From assembly GCA_035270125.1 (NCBI GenBank), contig DATFIM010000139.1, positions 1 through 47,282 of the forward strand: a DNA stretch of 47,282 nucleotides, written 5' to 3'. Positions 21,521 to 29,705 of this stretch are shown here, piece by piece. The notes beneath the pieces were generated by a model. It was not told the origin of the DNA. It searched no databases and saw nothing but the letters and a program-made list of their open reading frames with translations. Numbering within the stretch: position 1 is the stretch's first letter; the number at the start of each line of letters is the position of its first letter. The position numbers and the translations under genes were made by a program. Source of the DNA: Halanaerobiales bacterium (GTDB lineage: Bacteria; Bacillota; Halanaerobiia; Halanaerobiales; DATFIM01).

Positions 21521-21952
21521 TTACCTCCTCTCAAGACCTACTTCTTCCAGTATTTTTTCTTCTTTTTCTCTCATTCGTTCTTTTTCTGAAGAAGTTTTGT
21601 GGTCATAACCAAGAAGATGCAAAATTCCATGAGTATATAGGTAAGCTAATTCCCTTTGTTTGGAATGACCATATTCTTTAGCCTGTTCTATAATTTTTTC
21701 TGTTGAAATTATTATATCTCCCCAAATTTTATCATCCATAGGAAAAGATAATACATCTGTTGCTTCATCCTTATTTCTAAATCTTTTATTTAATTCTTTA
21801 ATTTTTTCATTATTAACAAGAGCAAGACTAATATTACCTTCATCTTTTTTTTCATATTTAGCTGCTTTTTGGGCTATTTTTTTTAATAGATTTTCTAATT
21901 CTTTATTGATTTTAATTTTTCCCTGTTGATTATTTATTTCTAAATTAATCAC
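21521..21952 (-). CDS. ybeY: rRNA maturation endoribonuclease YbeY
   Basis: Zinc motif HGILHLLGYDH. GTG at 21952 has an AGAGGGGGA SD and overlaps the pgpH stop by 8 nt, giving (M)INLEINNQ. The track ATG adds 16 residues in overlap. Confidence 0.92.
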   Translation of the reverse strand: MINLEINNQQGKIKINKELENLLKKIAQKAAKYEKKDEGNISLALVNNEKIKELNKRFRNKDEATDVLSFPMDDKIWGDIIISTEKIIEQAKEYGHSKQRELAYLYTHGILHLLGYDHKTSSEKERMREKEEKILEEVGLERR

Positions 21953-24161
21953 TTTTTTCCCCCTCTTTAATTTCTTCCATAAGATTATCGGGATATTCAA
22001 TTCTTTGATGATATATTCCAGTTAAAACTTTTACAAAATTTTCTGCAATAATATCCAGATCTTTTAAACTAAGATCACATTCATCTAACTGATTTTCTGT
22101 TAACTTTTCTCGAATAATACTTCTAACAAAACTTTCTATTCTATTATGGTTATTTTTGTTGAATTGTTTAGAACGTACAGTAGCTTCCACAATATCAGCA
22201 AGCATAATTATTGCTGCCTCTTTGGATTGTGGTTTAGGGCCATCATAACGGAAATCACTTTCTTTTATTTCATCATGTTTACTATTTTTAACTGCTTCTT
22301 GATAAAAGAAAGAAATTAGATTTGTTCCATGATGTTCTTTGATTATATCAATTATTTCATCAGGTAATTTATATTCTTTGGCCAGTTCAACTCCATCTTT
22401 AACATGAGATTTAAGAATTAAAGCACTTAAGTTAGCAGAAATTTTATCATGTGGGTTTTCACCACCAAATTGATTATCTATAAAAAAGTAAGGTCTCCTT
22501 AATTTTCCAATATCATGATAGTAGGCCGCTACTCTAGCTAAAAGAGAATCAGCACCTTTTACTTTGTCAGCTGCTGCTTCGGCCAAGTTACCAACAATGA
22601 CACTGTGATGATAAGTTCCAGGAGCTTCTACTAACATTCTTTTTAATAAAGGTTGACTTGGATTAGATAATTCCAGCAATTTTACCGCTGAAGTAAAACC
22701 AAATCCATTTTCTAAATATGGTAATAATCCATTAGCCAGTATAGCCACTAATATACCATTTAATATACCCATACCTATGGCCTGGGTCATCATAATCCAA
22801 TCATTTGTTAATTGTATTGAATTCATAGCAAAAATTAGTATTATTAAAACTCCACTAACATAAAACCCTGCTCTTACTAGATCACTTCTTTGACTTACTT
22901 TTGATACACTAAATACACCTATCAACCCTCCAATAAATCCTACAATGAAAACATCGAATTCTCCTCCAAATACAAGTGCTACTAACATACTTATAAATAA
23001 AGTTATGACAATCGATGCTTTAGAATCAATTAAAACAGCAATTAATATAGATGCTGCAGCCACAGGAACTAAATACATCAAATAATTTATTTGAAAAATA
23101 CTTATTATTTTTGCTAATAAAACTATAAAGATTGTCAATGCCTCAATTAAAACTAATTTTTTATTATCATTCCAAATTTTAGGATTATATTGCCAGAGAT
23201 AATACGCAGCAGAGATAATTAATATCAAAATAACAAAAACAATACCTATAATATTTATATAATCAACCTGAGGTTTTTGTAATCCTAAAGCCTCTAAGAC
23301 TTTTATGTCTTCTTCAGTAACTACATCACCTTTTCTTATAATTACTTCTCCCTGTCTAACTGTTCTAGTAACAGGTTCAACATTTTCTCTGGCTTCTTCT
23401 TTCCTTTGTTGAGTTCCTTCTTCATTAAAGTTCATATTGGGTTGAACTGTGGTATTTAAAATATTAAGAACCATATCTTGATAATCATTACTTAAATCTA
23501 ATTCTTCAACTTCTTCTTCAAAACTATTTTTAACTGTTTCAATATCATCTGGTAAAATTCTATTATTTAGATGTTTGTTCATTATTTCTCTTGTGCTTTC
23601 GCGGACTTTATTTATAGATTCTTCATTACCAGTTATTAATAAATTATATGTTTTACCAGCATAATTTTCATCAATTTCTGTTATGAGTTTCTGGATCTTT
23701 TCTTCTACAGATAGTTTATCACCATTATTAAGATTTGTTTCTTTATTACCACCATTACTTTCACTGTTTCCTTCAGTTAATTCCTGATTATCTTCTTCTG
23801 AATATACTTGACTTCTTAACTTTGCAGCAGTTATAAATAAATTATCTATTTTTTGATTAACTATTTCATTAACCTTCTTATTTTCTTCATAAACTCTAGG
23901 AGCAGATTCTGCTGCCTCTTTTTTTAACTCTTCAGTTTTTTCTTTATCAGTAAAAGTAGTCGTTTTTTCAGCTACTATATTAGTATTACTAACTTCCCCG
24001 GCATTAAGATCTAATTGGTTAGGAAAAAAATCTATGGTCAGTATAACAACCAGGATAATAAAGAAAATAATACCCCATAAAATTTTTCTGACCAGGGGAT
24101 CACTAAATTTACTTTCTTTAAATATAGATTTCCACCACTTTCTAATTTTTTTAAACATCAT
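21945..24161 (-). CDS. pgpH: 7TM-HD membrane phosphohydrolase (PgpH/YqfF family, c-di-AMP phosphodiesterase type)
   Basis: Extracellular N-domain, seven TM segments, and a cytoplasmic HD domain (HHSVIVGNLAE, YYHDIGK). It lies between phoH and ybeY, as in B. subtilis. Confidence 0.88.
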   Translation of the reverse strand: MMFKKIRKWWKSIFKESKFSDPLVRKILWGIIFFIILVVILTIDFFPNQLDLNAGEVSNTNIVAEKTTTFTDKEKTEELKKEAAESAPRVYEENKKVNEIVNQKIDNLFITAAKLRSQVYSEEDNQELTEGNSESNGGNKETNLNNGDKLSVEEKIQKLITEIDENYAGKTYNLLITGNEESINKVRESTREIMNKHLNNRILPDDIETVKNSFEEEVEELDLSNDYQDMVLNILNTTVQPNMNFNEEGTQQRKEEARENVEPVTRTVRQGEVIIRKGDVVTEEDIKVLEALGLQKPQVDYINIIGIVFVILILIISAAYYLWQYNPKIWNDNKKLVLIEALTIFIVLLAKIISIFQINYLMYLVPVAAASILIAVLIDSKASIVITLFISMLVALVFGGEFDVFIVGFIGGLIGVFSVSKVSQRSDLVRAGFYVSGVLIILIFAMNSIQLTNDWIMMTQAIGMGILNGILVAILANGLLPYLENGFGFTSAVKLLELSNPSQPLLKRMLVEAPGTYHHSVIVGNLAEAAADKVKGADSLLARVAAYYHDIGKLRRPYFFIDNQFGGENPHDKISANLSALILKSHVKDGVELAKEYKLPDEIIDIIKEHHGTNLISFFYQEAVKNSKHDEIKESDFRYDGPKPQSKEAAIIMLADIVEATVRSKQFNKNNHNRIESFVRSIIREKLTENQLDECDLSLKDLDIIAENFVKVLTGIYHQRIEYPDNLMEEIKEGEKSD

Positions 24162-24163
24162 AA

Positions 24164-25126
24164 TTAGCTCCCATTTCCATGCCTATCATAGGCATTTATT
24201 ATCTTCTTAACAAGTTTATGTCTGACTACATCTCTATCAGACAAATAAACAAATTCTATTCCTTTAATACCTGCTAAAATCTTTCTAACCTGATTTAAAC
24301 CAGAATTTCTACTATTAGGTAAGTCAATCTGAGTAATGTCACCTGTAACTACTGCCTGAGAATTAAATCCAATTCTCGTTAAAAACATTTTCATTTGTTC
24401 AGGAGTAGTGTTCTGAGCTTCATCAAGTATTACAAAAGAATCATCAAGAGTTCTTCCTCTCATATAAGCAAGTGGAGCTACTTCAATTATATCTTTTTCT
24501 AAATATTCATTTACCTTTTCCGGTCCTAAAATATCATATAAAGCATCATATAAAGGTCTAAGATAAGGATCAACTTTATCCTGCATATCTCCTGGTAAAA
24601 AACCTAATTTTTCACCAGCTTCTATTGCAGGTCTTGTAAGTATAATTCTATTTACATTTTTATTCATCAAATTCTTAACAGCCATAACCATTGCTAAATA
24701 TGTTTTACCAGTACCTGCTGGTCCAATTGAAAAAACAATATCAGAACTTTTAATAGCTTCAACATATAATTTTTGTCCTAAAGTTTTAACTTTTATTTTT
24801 TTTCCTTTAAAATTCATTTGTAGTACTTCACTAAAAATATCTTCTAAATTAATAGAACTATCTTTCTGTAATAATTCTATAGCATAATTAACTTCTCTTT
24901 CAGTTAATTCTTTATCCTTATTAGTAATACTTAATAATTCTTCAATAATTTCACTACTATCCTCAACTGCCTTATTATCACCAGTTATTTTAATAGTATT
25001 ACCTCTTGCAATCATATTTACATTAAGCTCTTTTTCAATTACTTTTAAATTTTTATCTTTTTTTCCAAATAAATTACGTGCTATTTGATATTCTTCTATT
25101 ATTATTTCTTTTTCTTTTTCAGGCAT
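24164..25126 (-). CDS. phoH: PhoH-like ATPase
   Basis: Walker A GPAGTGKTYLA, Walker B FVILDEAQN, and the conserved TGDITQIDLP motif. Confidence 0.95.
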   Translation of the reverse strand: MPEKEKEIIIEEYQIARNLFGKKDKNLKVIEKELNVNMIARGNTIKITGDNKAVEDSSEIIEELLSITNKDKELTEREVNYAIELLQKDSSINLEDIFSEVLQMNFKGKKIKVKTLGQKLYVEAIKSSDIVFSIGPAGTGKTYLAMVMAVKNLMNKNVNRIILTRPAIEAGEKLGFLPGDMQDKVDPYLRPLYDALYDILGPEKVNEYLEKDIIEVAPLAYMRGRTLDDSFVILDEAQNTTPEQMKMFLTRIGFNSQAVVTGDITQIDLPNSRNSGLNQVRKILAGIKGIEFVYLSDRDVVRHKLVKKIINAYDRHGNGS

Positions 25127-25292
25127 AATTTCCTCCTCAAATAATATTTTCCTCTTTATATTAAATTCAATAGTAACTCTATTATTCCTCCATTATAAAA
25201 CATATATATAATAAAAATATTTTCAACCAATCAATATTATTATATCATATTTAAAGCTTCTTACAAGTCATAAAAACAAATGTTTATATCAT

Positions 25293-25322
25293 TAAAAAAA
25301 GGCCGACTAAAAAGCCGGCCTT
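25293..25322 (-). terminator. Intrinsic terminator ending the ato operon
   Basis: Minus strand: AAGGCCG-loop-CGGCCTT followed by TTTTTTTAATG (arms 25299-25305 and 25316-25322). GC-rich stem about 30 nt after the atoA stop. Confidence 0.8.
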
Positions 25323-25351
25323 AATAAAAAACATATTATGTTAGGTAAATA

Positions 25352-26002
25352 CTAAAATTTCTTCAAATCATCACTAACTATAAGTTCTGCATCTGTTTTT
25401 TCTTTTACTTCGTCCAGAGTAGTATCTTTAGCTATTTCTGTTAAAAGAAGGCCATCTTCTGTAACCTCCATCACAGCCAATTCGGTTACAATCATATCAA
25501 CTTCACCAGCTGCTGTTAACGGTAGAGTACATTCGTCTAAAATTTTAGCTCCACCTTTTTTAGTAGTATGAGTAGTTGCAATTATAACTTCTCTTGCTCC
25601 AACAGTTAAATCCATTGCGCCTCCCATACCAGGTACTAATTTACCAGGAATCATCCAGTTAGCTAGATTACCCTTTTCATCTACCTGTAATGCCCCAAGT
25701 ACAGTAGCATCCAGATGACCACCTCGAATTATCGCAAATGAGGTTGCACTATCAAAAAATGCAGCATCTTTATTAAATGTAACAGGTTGTCCACCAGCAT
25801 TAATTACATCTTTGTCTTCTTCACCTTCTTCTGGAGTTGGTCCAAGTCCAACAAAACCATTTTCAGACTGAAGAATCATTTTTATGTCATCAGAAATATA
25901 ATTAGCAACCATTGTAGGCATTCCTATACCTAGATTAACTAAATCTCCATCTTGCATTTCCTGTGCTATACGTTTTGCAATTTTTTCTCTTTTATTTGCC
26001 AT
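25352..26002 (-). CDS. atoA: 3-oxoacid (acetoacetate/butyrate) CoA-transferase subunit B
   Basis: [10 protein letters not shown] motif containing the catalytic Glu. About 216 aa, paired with an A subunit in the same operon. Confidence 0.93.
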   Translation of the reverse strand: MANKREKIAKRIAQEMQDGDLVNLGIGMPTMVANYISDDIKMILQSENGFVGLGPTPEEGEEDKDVINAGGQPVTFNKDAAFFDSATSFAIIRGGHLDATVLGALQVDEKGNLANWMIPGKLVPGMGGAMDLTVGAREVIIATTHTTKKGGAKILDECTLPLTAAGEVDMIVTELAVMEVTEDGLLLTEIAKDTTLDEVKEKTDAELIVSDDLKKF

Positions 26003-26014
26003 ATTATCACCCCT

Positions 26015-27196
26015 TTAACTACGTTTTACTATAGTTGCTGCTCCCTGTCCTCCACCAATACACAGGGTAGCTAATCCATATTTAGAATCACGCTTTTTCA
26101 TTTCATGTAATAAAGTAACTAAAATTCTATTACCACTGCAACCAATAGGATGACCAAGAGCAATTGCTCCTCCATTTACATTAGTAATATCAAGATCGAA
26201 TCCTAGTTCTTTTTTTACAGCAAGTGACTGGGCTGCAAAAGCTTCGTTTGCTTCAATTAAATCCATATCTTCTACATTCATCCCTGCTTTTTCCATAGCT
26301 TTTTTGGTAGCAGGAATTGGTCCAGTACCCATAATTTTTGGATCTACACCACCTGAAGCATAAGAAACAATGGTAGCCAATGGTTCAACTCCCAATTCTT
26401 CAGCCTTTTCTTTACTCATTAAAACAATAGCTGAAGCACCATCATTAATACCAGAAGAATTAGCAGCAGTTACTGTTCCATCTTTTTTGAAAGCCGGACT
26501 TAAATTAGAAAGCTTATCAGCAGTAGTTCCAAAACGTGGATGTTCATCCTGATCAAATACTTTTGGATCTCCTTTTCTTTGAGGAATTTCTACAGGTACT
26601 ATTTCATCATCAAAACGGCCTTCTTTAATTGCTTTTTCAGCTCTTTGTTGACTTTGGGCTGCAAATTCATCCTGCTCTTCTCTGGTTAAATCCCATTTTT
26701 GAGCAATATTTTCTGCTGTTATACCCATATGATAATCATTAAATGCATCCCATAGTCCATCTTTGATCATCATATCAACTAGTTTACCATCACCCATTTT
26801 ATTTCCCCAACGAGATCCTTCAGCAACATAATTGCTTTGGCTCATACTTTCCATACCGCCAGCAATAATTACATCAGCATCTCCTAATAAAATTGCCTGA
26901 GTTGCAAGATTAACTGTTTTGAGTCCAGAACCACATACTTTATTAATAGTAGTAGCAGGAACATCATAAGGAACTCCTGCATTAACTGAAGCCTGGCGAG
27001 CAGTATTTTGGCCTAAACCACCCTGAAGTACATTACCCATTAGTACTTCATCAATATCTTCGCCTTCAACACCAGCTCTCTTGATAGCTTCTTTTATAAC
27101 TACTTCTCCTAATTTGACTGCTTCAACATCTTTTAGGCTTCCACCAAAACTTCCAATAGCTGTTCTTGTTGCACTAGCTATTACAACTTCTTTCAT
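26015..27196 (-). CDS. atoB: Acetyl-CoA C-acetyltransferase (thiolase II)
   Basis: Active-site Cys motif VCGSGLK, plus GHPIGCSG and CIGGGQG C-terminal thiolase signatures. Confidence 0.95.
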   Translation of the reverse strand: MKEVVIASATRTAIGSFGGSLKDVEAVKLGEVVIKEAIKRAGVEGEDIDEVLMGNVLQGGLGQNTARQASVNAGVPYDVPATTINKVCGSGLKTVNLATQAILLGDADVIIAGGMESMSQSNYVAEGSRWGNKMGDGKLVDMMIKDGLWDAFNDYHMGITAENIAQKWDLTREEQDEFAAQSQQRAEKAIKEGRFDDEIVPVEIPQRKGDPKVFDQDEHPRFGTTADKLSNLSPAFKKDGTVTAANSSGINDGASAIVLMSKEKAEELGVEPLATIVSYASGGVDPKIMGTGPIPATKKAMEKAGMNVEDMDLIEANEAFAAQSLAVKKELGFDLDITNVNGGAIALGHPIGCSGNRILVTLLHEMKKRDSKYGLATLCIGGGQGAATIVKRS

Positions 27197-27254
27197 AATT
27201 TAAAAACTCCTTTCGTTTTATAATACTAGTTTACTAAAATTTTTAAACTATTAA

Positions 27255-27905
27255 TTAAGAAAAATCTACAACATGATCAACAAAAACTCCTGGAGTCATA
27301 ACTTCATTAGGTTCAATTTCTCCAGCAGGAACAATTTCTTCTGCTTCTACTATTACAAGATCAGCAGCCATTGCAATTAATGGATTGAAATTGCGTGCTG
27401 AATATCGATAAACTAAATTGCCTGATTCATCTGCTTTCCAGGCTTTAACAAAAGCTACATCAGCACCTAATGGTTTTTCCAATAGATAATCTTTACCATC
27501 AACAGTTATTTTTTCCTTATCATCTTCAACAACTGTTCCAACACCAGTAGGTGTTAAAAACCCACCTAAGCCAGCACCTTTACTTCTAATTCTCTCGGCA
27601 AGTGTTCCCTGAGGAACTAAATCAACTTCTATTTCTTCATTATTCATTTGTTTTCCAGTTTGAGGATTAGTTCCTACATGAGATGCAATAACTTTTTTCA
27701 CTCTTTTTTCAACTATTAAACTTCCTAATTTCTTTTCAGGAAATCCAGTGTCATTTGCAATAAGTGTTATATCTTTAATGTCAATATCATGTAAAATGTC
27801 AATTAAGTTATCAGGTGTTCCACATTCTAAAAATCCACCAAACATAATACTTAGTCCATCTTTTAGCTCATCTCTTATTTCATCAAATTTGACTACTTTA
27901 GACAT
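27255..27905 (-). CDS. atoD: 3-oxoacid CoA-transferase subunit A
   Basis: GGFLECGTP motif, about 216 aa, CoA-transferase family I alpha subunit pattern. Confidence 0.93.
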   Translation of the reverse strand: MSKVVKFDEIRDELKDGLSIMFGGFLECGTPDNLIDILHDIDIKDITLIANDTGFPEKKLGSLIVEKRVKKVIASHVGTNPQTGKQMNNEEIEVDLVPQGTLAERIRSKGAGLGGFLTPTGVGTVVEDDKEKITVDGKDYLLEKPLGADVAFVKAWKADESGNLVYRYSARNFNPLIAMAADLVIVEAEEIVPAGEIEPNEVMTPGVFVDHVVDFS

Positions 27906-27927
27906 ATTTTGACCTCCTTTTTATGAT

Positions 27928-29271
27928 TTAAAAAACTATAAACCCTACAGAAGCAAGGGCTCCAACCCAAAGTAAAATCACAATACAATATCCCATTATA
28001 TCTCTAGCTCCAAGACCGGCAATTCCTAAAGCAGGTAATGCCCAGAACGGTTGAATCATATTAGTCCATGCATCTCCCCAGGCCACAGCCATAGCTGTTT
28101 TAGCAGCATCAACTCCTAATTCTGTACCAGCAGGAATCATAACAGGTGCCTGAACTGACCACTGTCCTCCTCCAGAAGGAACAAAGAAGTTTACTAAACC
28201 AGCACTTAAGAAAGAGAAAAACGGAAATGTATTTGCAGTAGAAATTGAAACAAACCATTCAGAAATGATCGTTGCCAGACCAGAACTGACCATCATTCCC
28301 ATAATACCAGCATACAATGGGAATTGAAGAATAATTCCACCGGCACTCTTTACAGCTTCATTAAAAGCAGTAAGGTAACGTCTTGGAGTTTTGTGAAGTA
28401 TAATACCCAAAACAAGGAAAATGAAAATAACAATATTTAAGTTTAATCCGCCACCTTGAGAAAAGTAATAACCAATATAAGACAAGCCTAATATACCCAA
28501 TAAAACTGAAAGAAACGGAGAATTTTCAACTTTATCAGCAAAAAACATTTCTTTATTATCTACAACTTTTCCTGATTCCTCTTTTTCATTACCATCATCT
28601 AAAATTTCTTTATCGACAACAATTCTATCTTCTTTATCTGGAAGCATAAATTTGTTAATAAAAGGTATTGATAAAATAACAACTGCACTTAAAATCAAAT
28701 TAAAAGGACTAAAAATAGTCTCAGAAATTGGAATTAATCCACCAATCATTTCTTGAGAAAAATTACCTTCAGTTGCTACGGTTAGAGGAATAGACCCTGC
28801 TAAACCTGCATGCCAGACAATAAATCCAGAATATGCACTGGCAATAAGTAAAGGATAATCAATTCCATCTACCTGACGAGCCATTTCTTTAGCAAGTAAG
28901 GCTCCTATAACCAAACCAAAACCCCAATTAATCCAACAGGCTATTGCAGCAATAAAAGTTGTCATAAGAATTGCCTGTCCAGGACTACTAGGTACCTGAG
29001 CAATACTTTTTAAGATTTTCTTAAAAAGATTACTATTAGCTAAAGCATGCCCGGTAACAAGAACAAGAGACATCTGCATAGCAAATGCAAGAAGATTCCA
29101 GAATCCCTCTCCCCAATGGGCAACCATTTCAACTGGTGAATTACCAGCTATAAAGATCCCCATTACATAAACAATAAAAGTCAAAATAACAGCAAAAATA
29201 AAAGGATCCGGTAAATATTTTTGAACTAGTGAAACGAAAAAATTAGATACTTTTTTAAACATCTCATCCAC
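27928..29271 (-). CDS. atoE: Short-chain fatty acid transporter (AtoE family)
   Basis: Near-colinear resemblance to E. coli AtoE as I recall it (YLPDPFIFAVILT, WGEGFWNLLAFAMQMSLVLVTGHALA, FWALPALGIAGLGARDIMGYC). Polytopic membrane protein. Confidence 0.9.
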   Translation of the reverse strand: MDEMFKKVSNFFVSLVQKYLPDPFIFAVILTFIVYVMGIFIAGNSPVEMVAHWGEGFWNLLAFAMQMSLVLVTGHALANSNLFKKILKSIAQVPSSPGQAILMTTFIAAIACWINWGFGLVIGALLAKEMARQVDGIDYPLLIASAYSGFIVWHAGLAGSIPLTVATEGNFSQEMIGGLIPISETIFSPFNLILSAVVILSIPFINKFMLPDKEDRIVVDKEILDDGNEKEESGKVVDNKEMFFADKVENSPFLSVLLGILGLSYIGYYFSQGGGLNLNIVIFIFLVLGIILHKTPRRYLTAFNEAVKSAGGIILQFPLYAGIMGMMVSSGLATIISEWFVSISTANTFPFFSFLSAGLVNFFVPSGGGQWSVQAPVMIPAGTELGVDAAKTAMAVAWGDAWTNMIQPFWALPALGIAGLGARDIMGYCIVILLWVGALASVGFIVF

Positions 29272-29312
29272 TCCTTAGATTTATTTTTTATCACTTCCAC
29301 TTAATATAATTA

Positions 29313-29328
29313 TGCATTTATTATGCCA
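29313..29328 (-). promoter_or_regulatory. Sigma-54 (-24/-12) promoter for atoE-atoD-atoB-atoA
   Basis: Minus strand reads TGGCAT-AATAA-ATGCA. The GG and GC dinucleotides are spaced exactly as in the TGGCAC-N5-TTGCA consensus. The -12 element lies about 42 nt upstream of the atoE ATG, and a sigma-54 activator is encoded divergently. Confidence 0.7.
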
Positions 29329-29405
29329 AAAATTAAGGTAAAAAATCGAACTTTTATTTCTTTATTAGACTTATTTCGACTTATTTATTACTTTTTTGTC
29401 TTTTT

Positions 29406-29425
29406 TTGATTCAATAATGTATCAA
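29406..29425. promoter_or_regulatory. Candidate enhancer (UAS) site 1, imperfect palindrome
   Basis: TTGATTCA-ATAA-TGTATCAA (one mismatch), centred about 95 bp upstream of the -24/-12 element. Confidence 0.5.
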
Positions 29426-29578
29426 TGATATTAGCAGTAAATATCTATTCTAAAAAATAAATAGCGTATGTTAATAACTAATAGAATAATTCAATATATA
29501 TCTTATATATATTTTTATACTTACATTTTATATCTTATCATTAATATTTGTCAACTAAAAATATTTTTATTTATTCAA

Positions 29579-29598
29579 TTGATACATTTTTGTATCAA
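29579..29598. promoter_or_regulatory. Candidate enhancer/operator site 2, perfect palindrome
   Basis: TTGATACA-TTTT-TGTATCAA (8-4-8, perfect). A further TGTATCAA half-site lies at 29610-29617. About 110-125 bp upstream of the activator ATG. Confidence 0.5.
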
Positions 29599-29705
29599 TG
29601 ATTTATTTTTGTATCAATTTCTGGTTTAAAACTTGATAAAGTTAAAAATTTAACATATAATATCTTTAATCTTTTACTCTTCATACCACCTTAGGAGGAT
29701 TGATT

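Noticed and set aside
25127-25292. Sigma-A promoter for the phoH-pgpH-ybeY operon (for example ATGACT-16-TATGAT around 25243-25270, or a TATAAT at about 25191-25196).
   Set aside because: Several equally mediocre -35/-10 combinations exist in this AT-rich spacer, and I cannot choose one from sequence alone.
29344-29356. IHF-like site AATCGAACTTTTA (12/13 match to WATCAANNNNTTR) between the UAS and the sigma-54 promoter.
   Set aside because: The match lies in very AT-rich DNA, where such hits are expected by chance. Firmicutes generally use HU rather than IHF. Only the phased repeats are reported as a possible bend.
29272-29699. Possible large structured ncRNA (OLE-like or similar) or hidden small ORF in the largest non-coding gap (428 nt).
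   Set aside because: The gap is extremely AT-rich, with no GC-rich helices, no conserved ncRNA blocks I recognise, and no SD-preceded ORF. It is adequately explained as a divergent sigma-54/activator control region.
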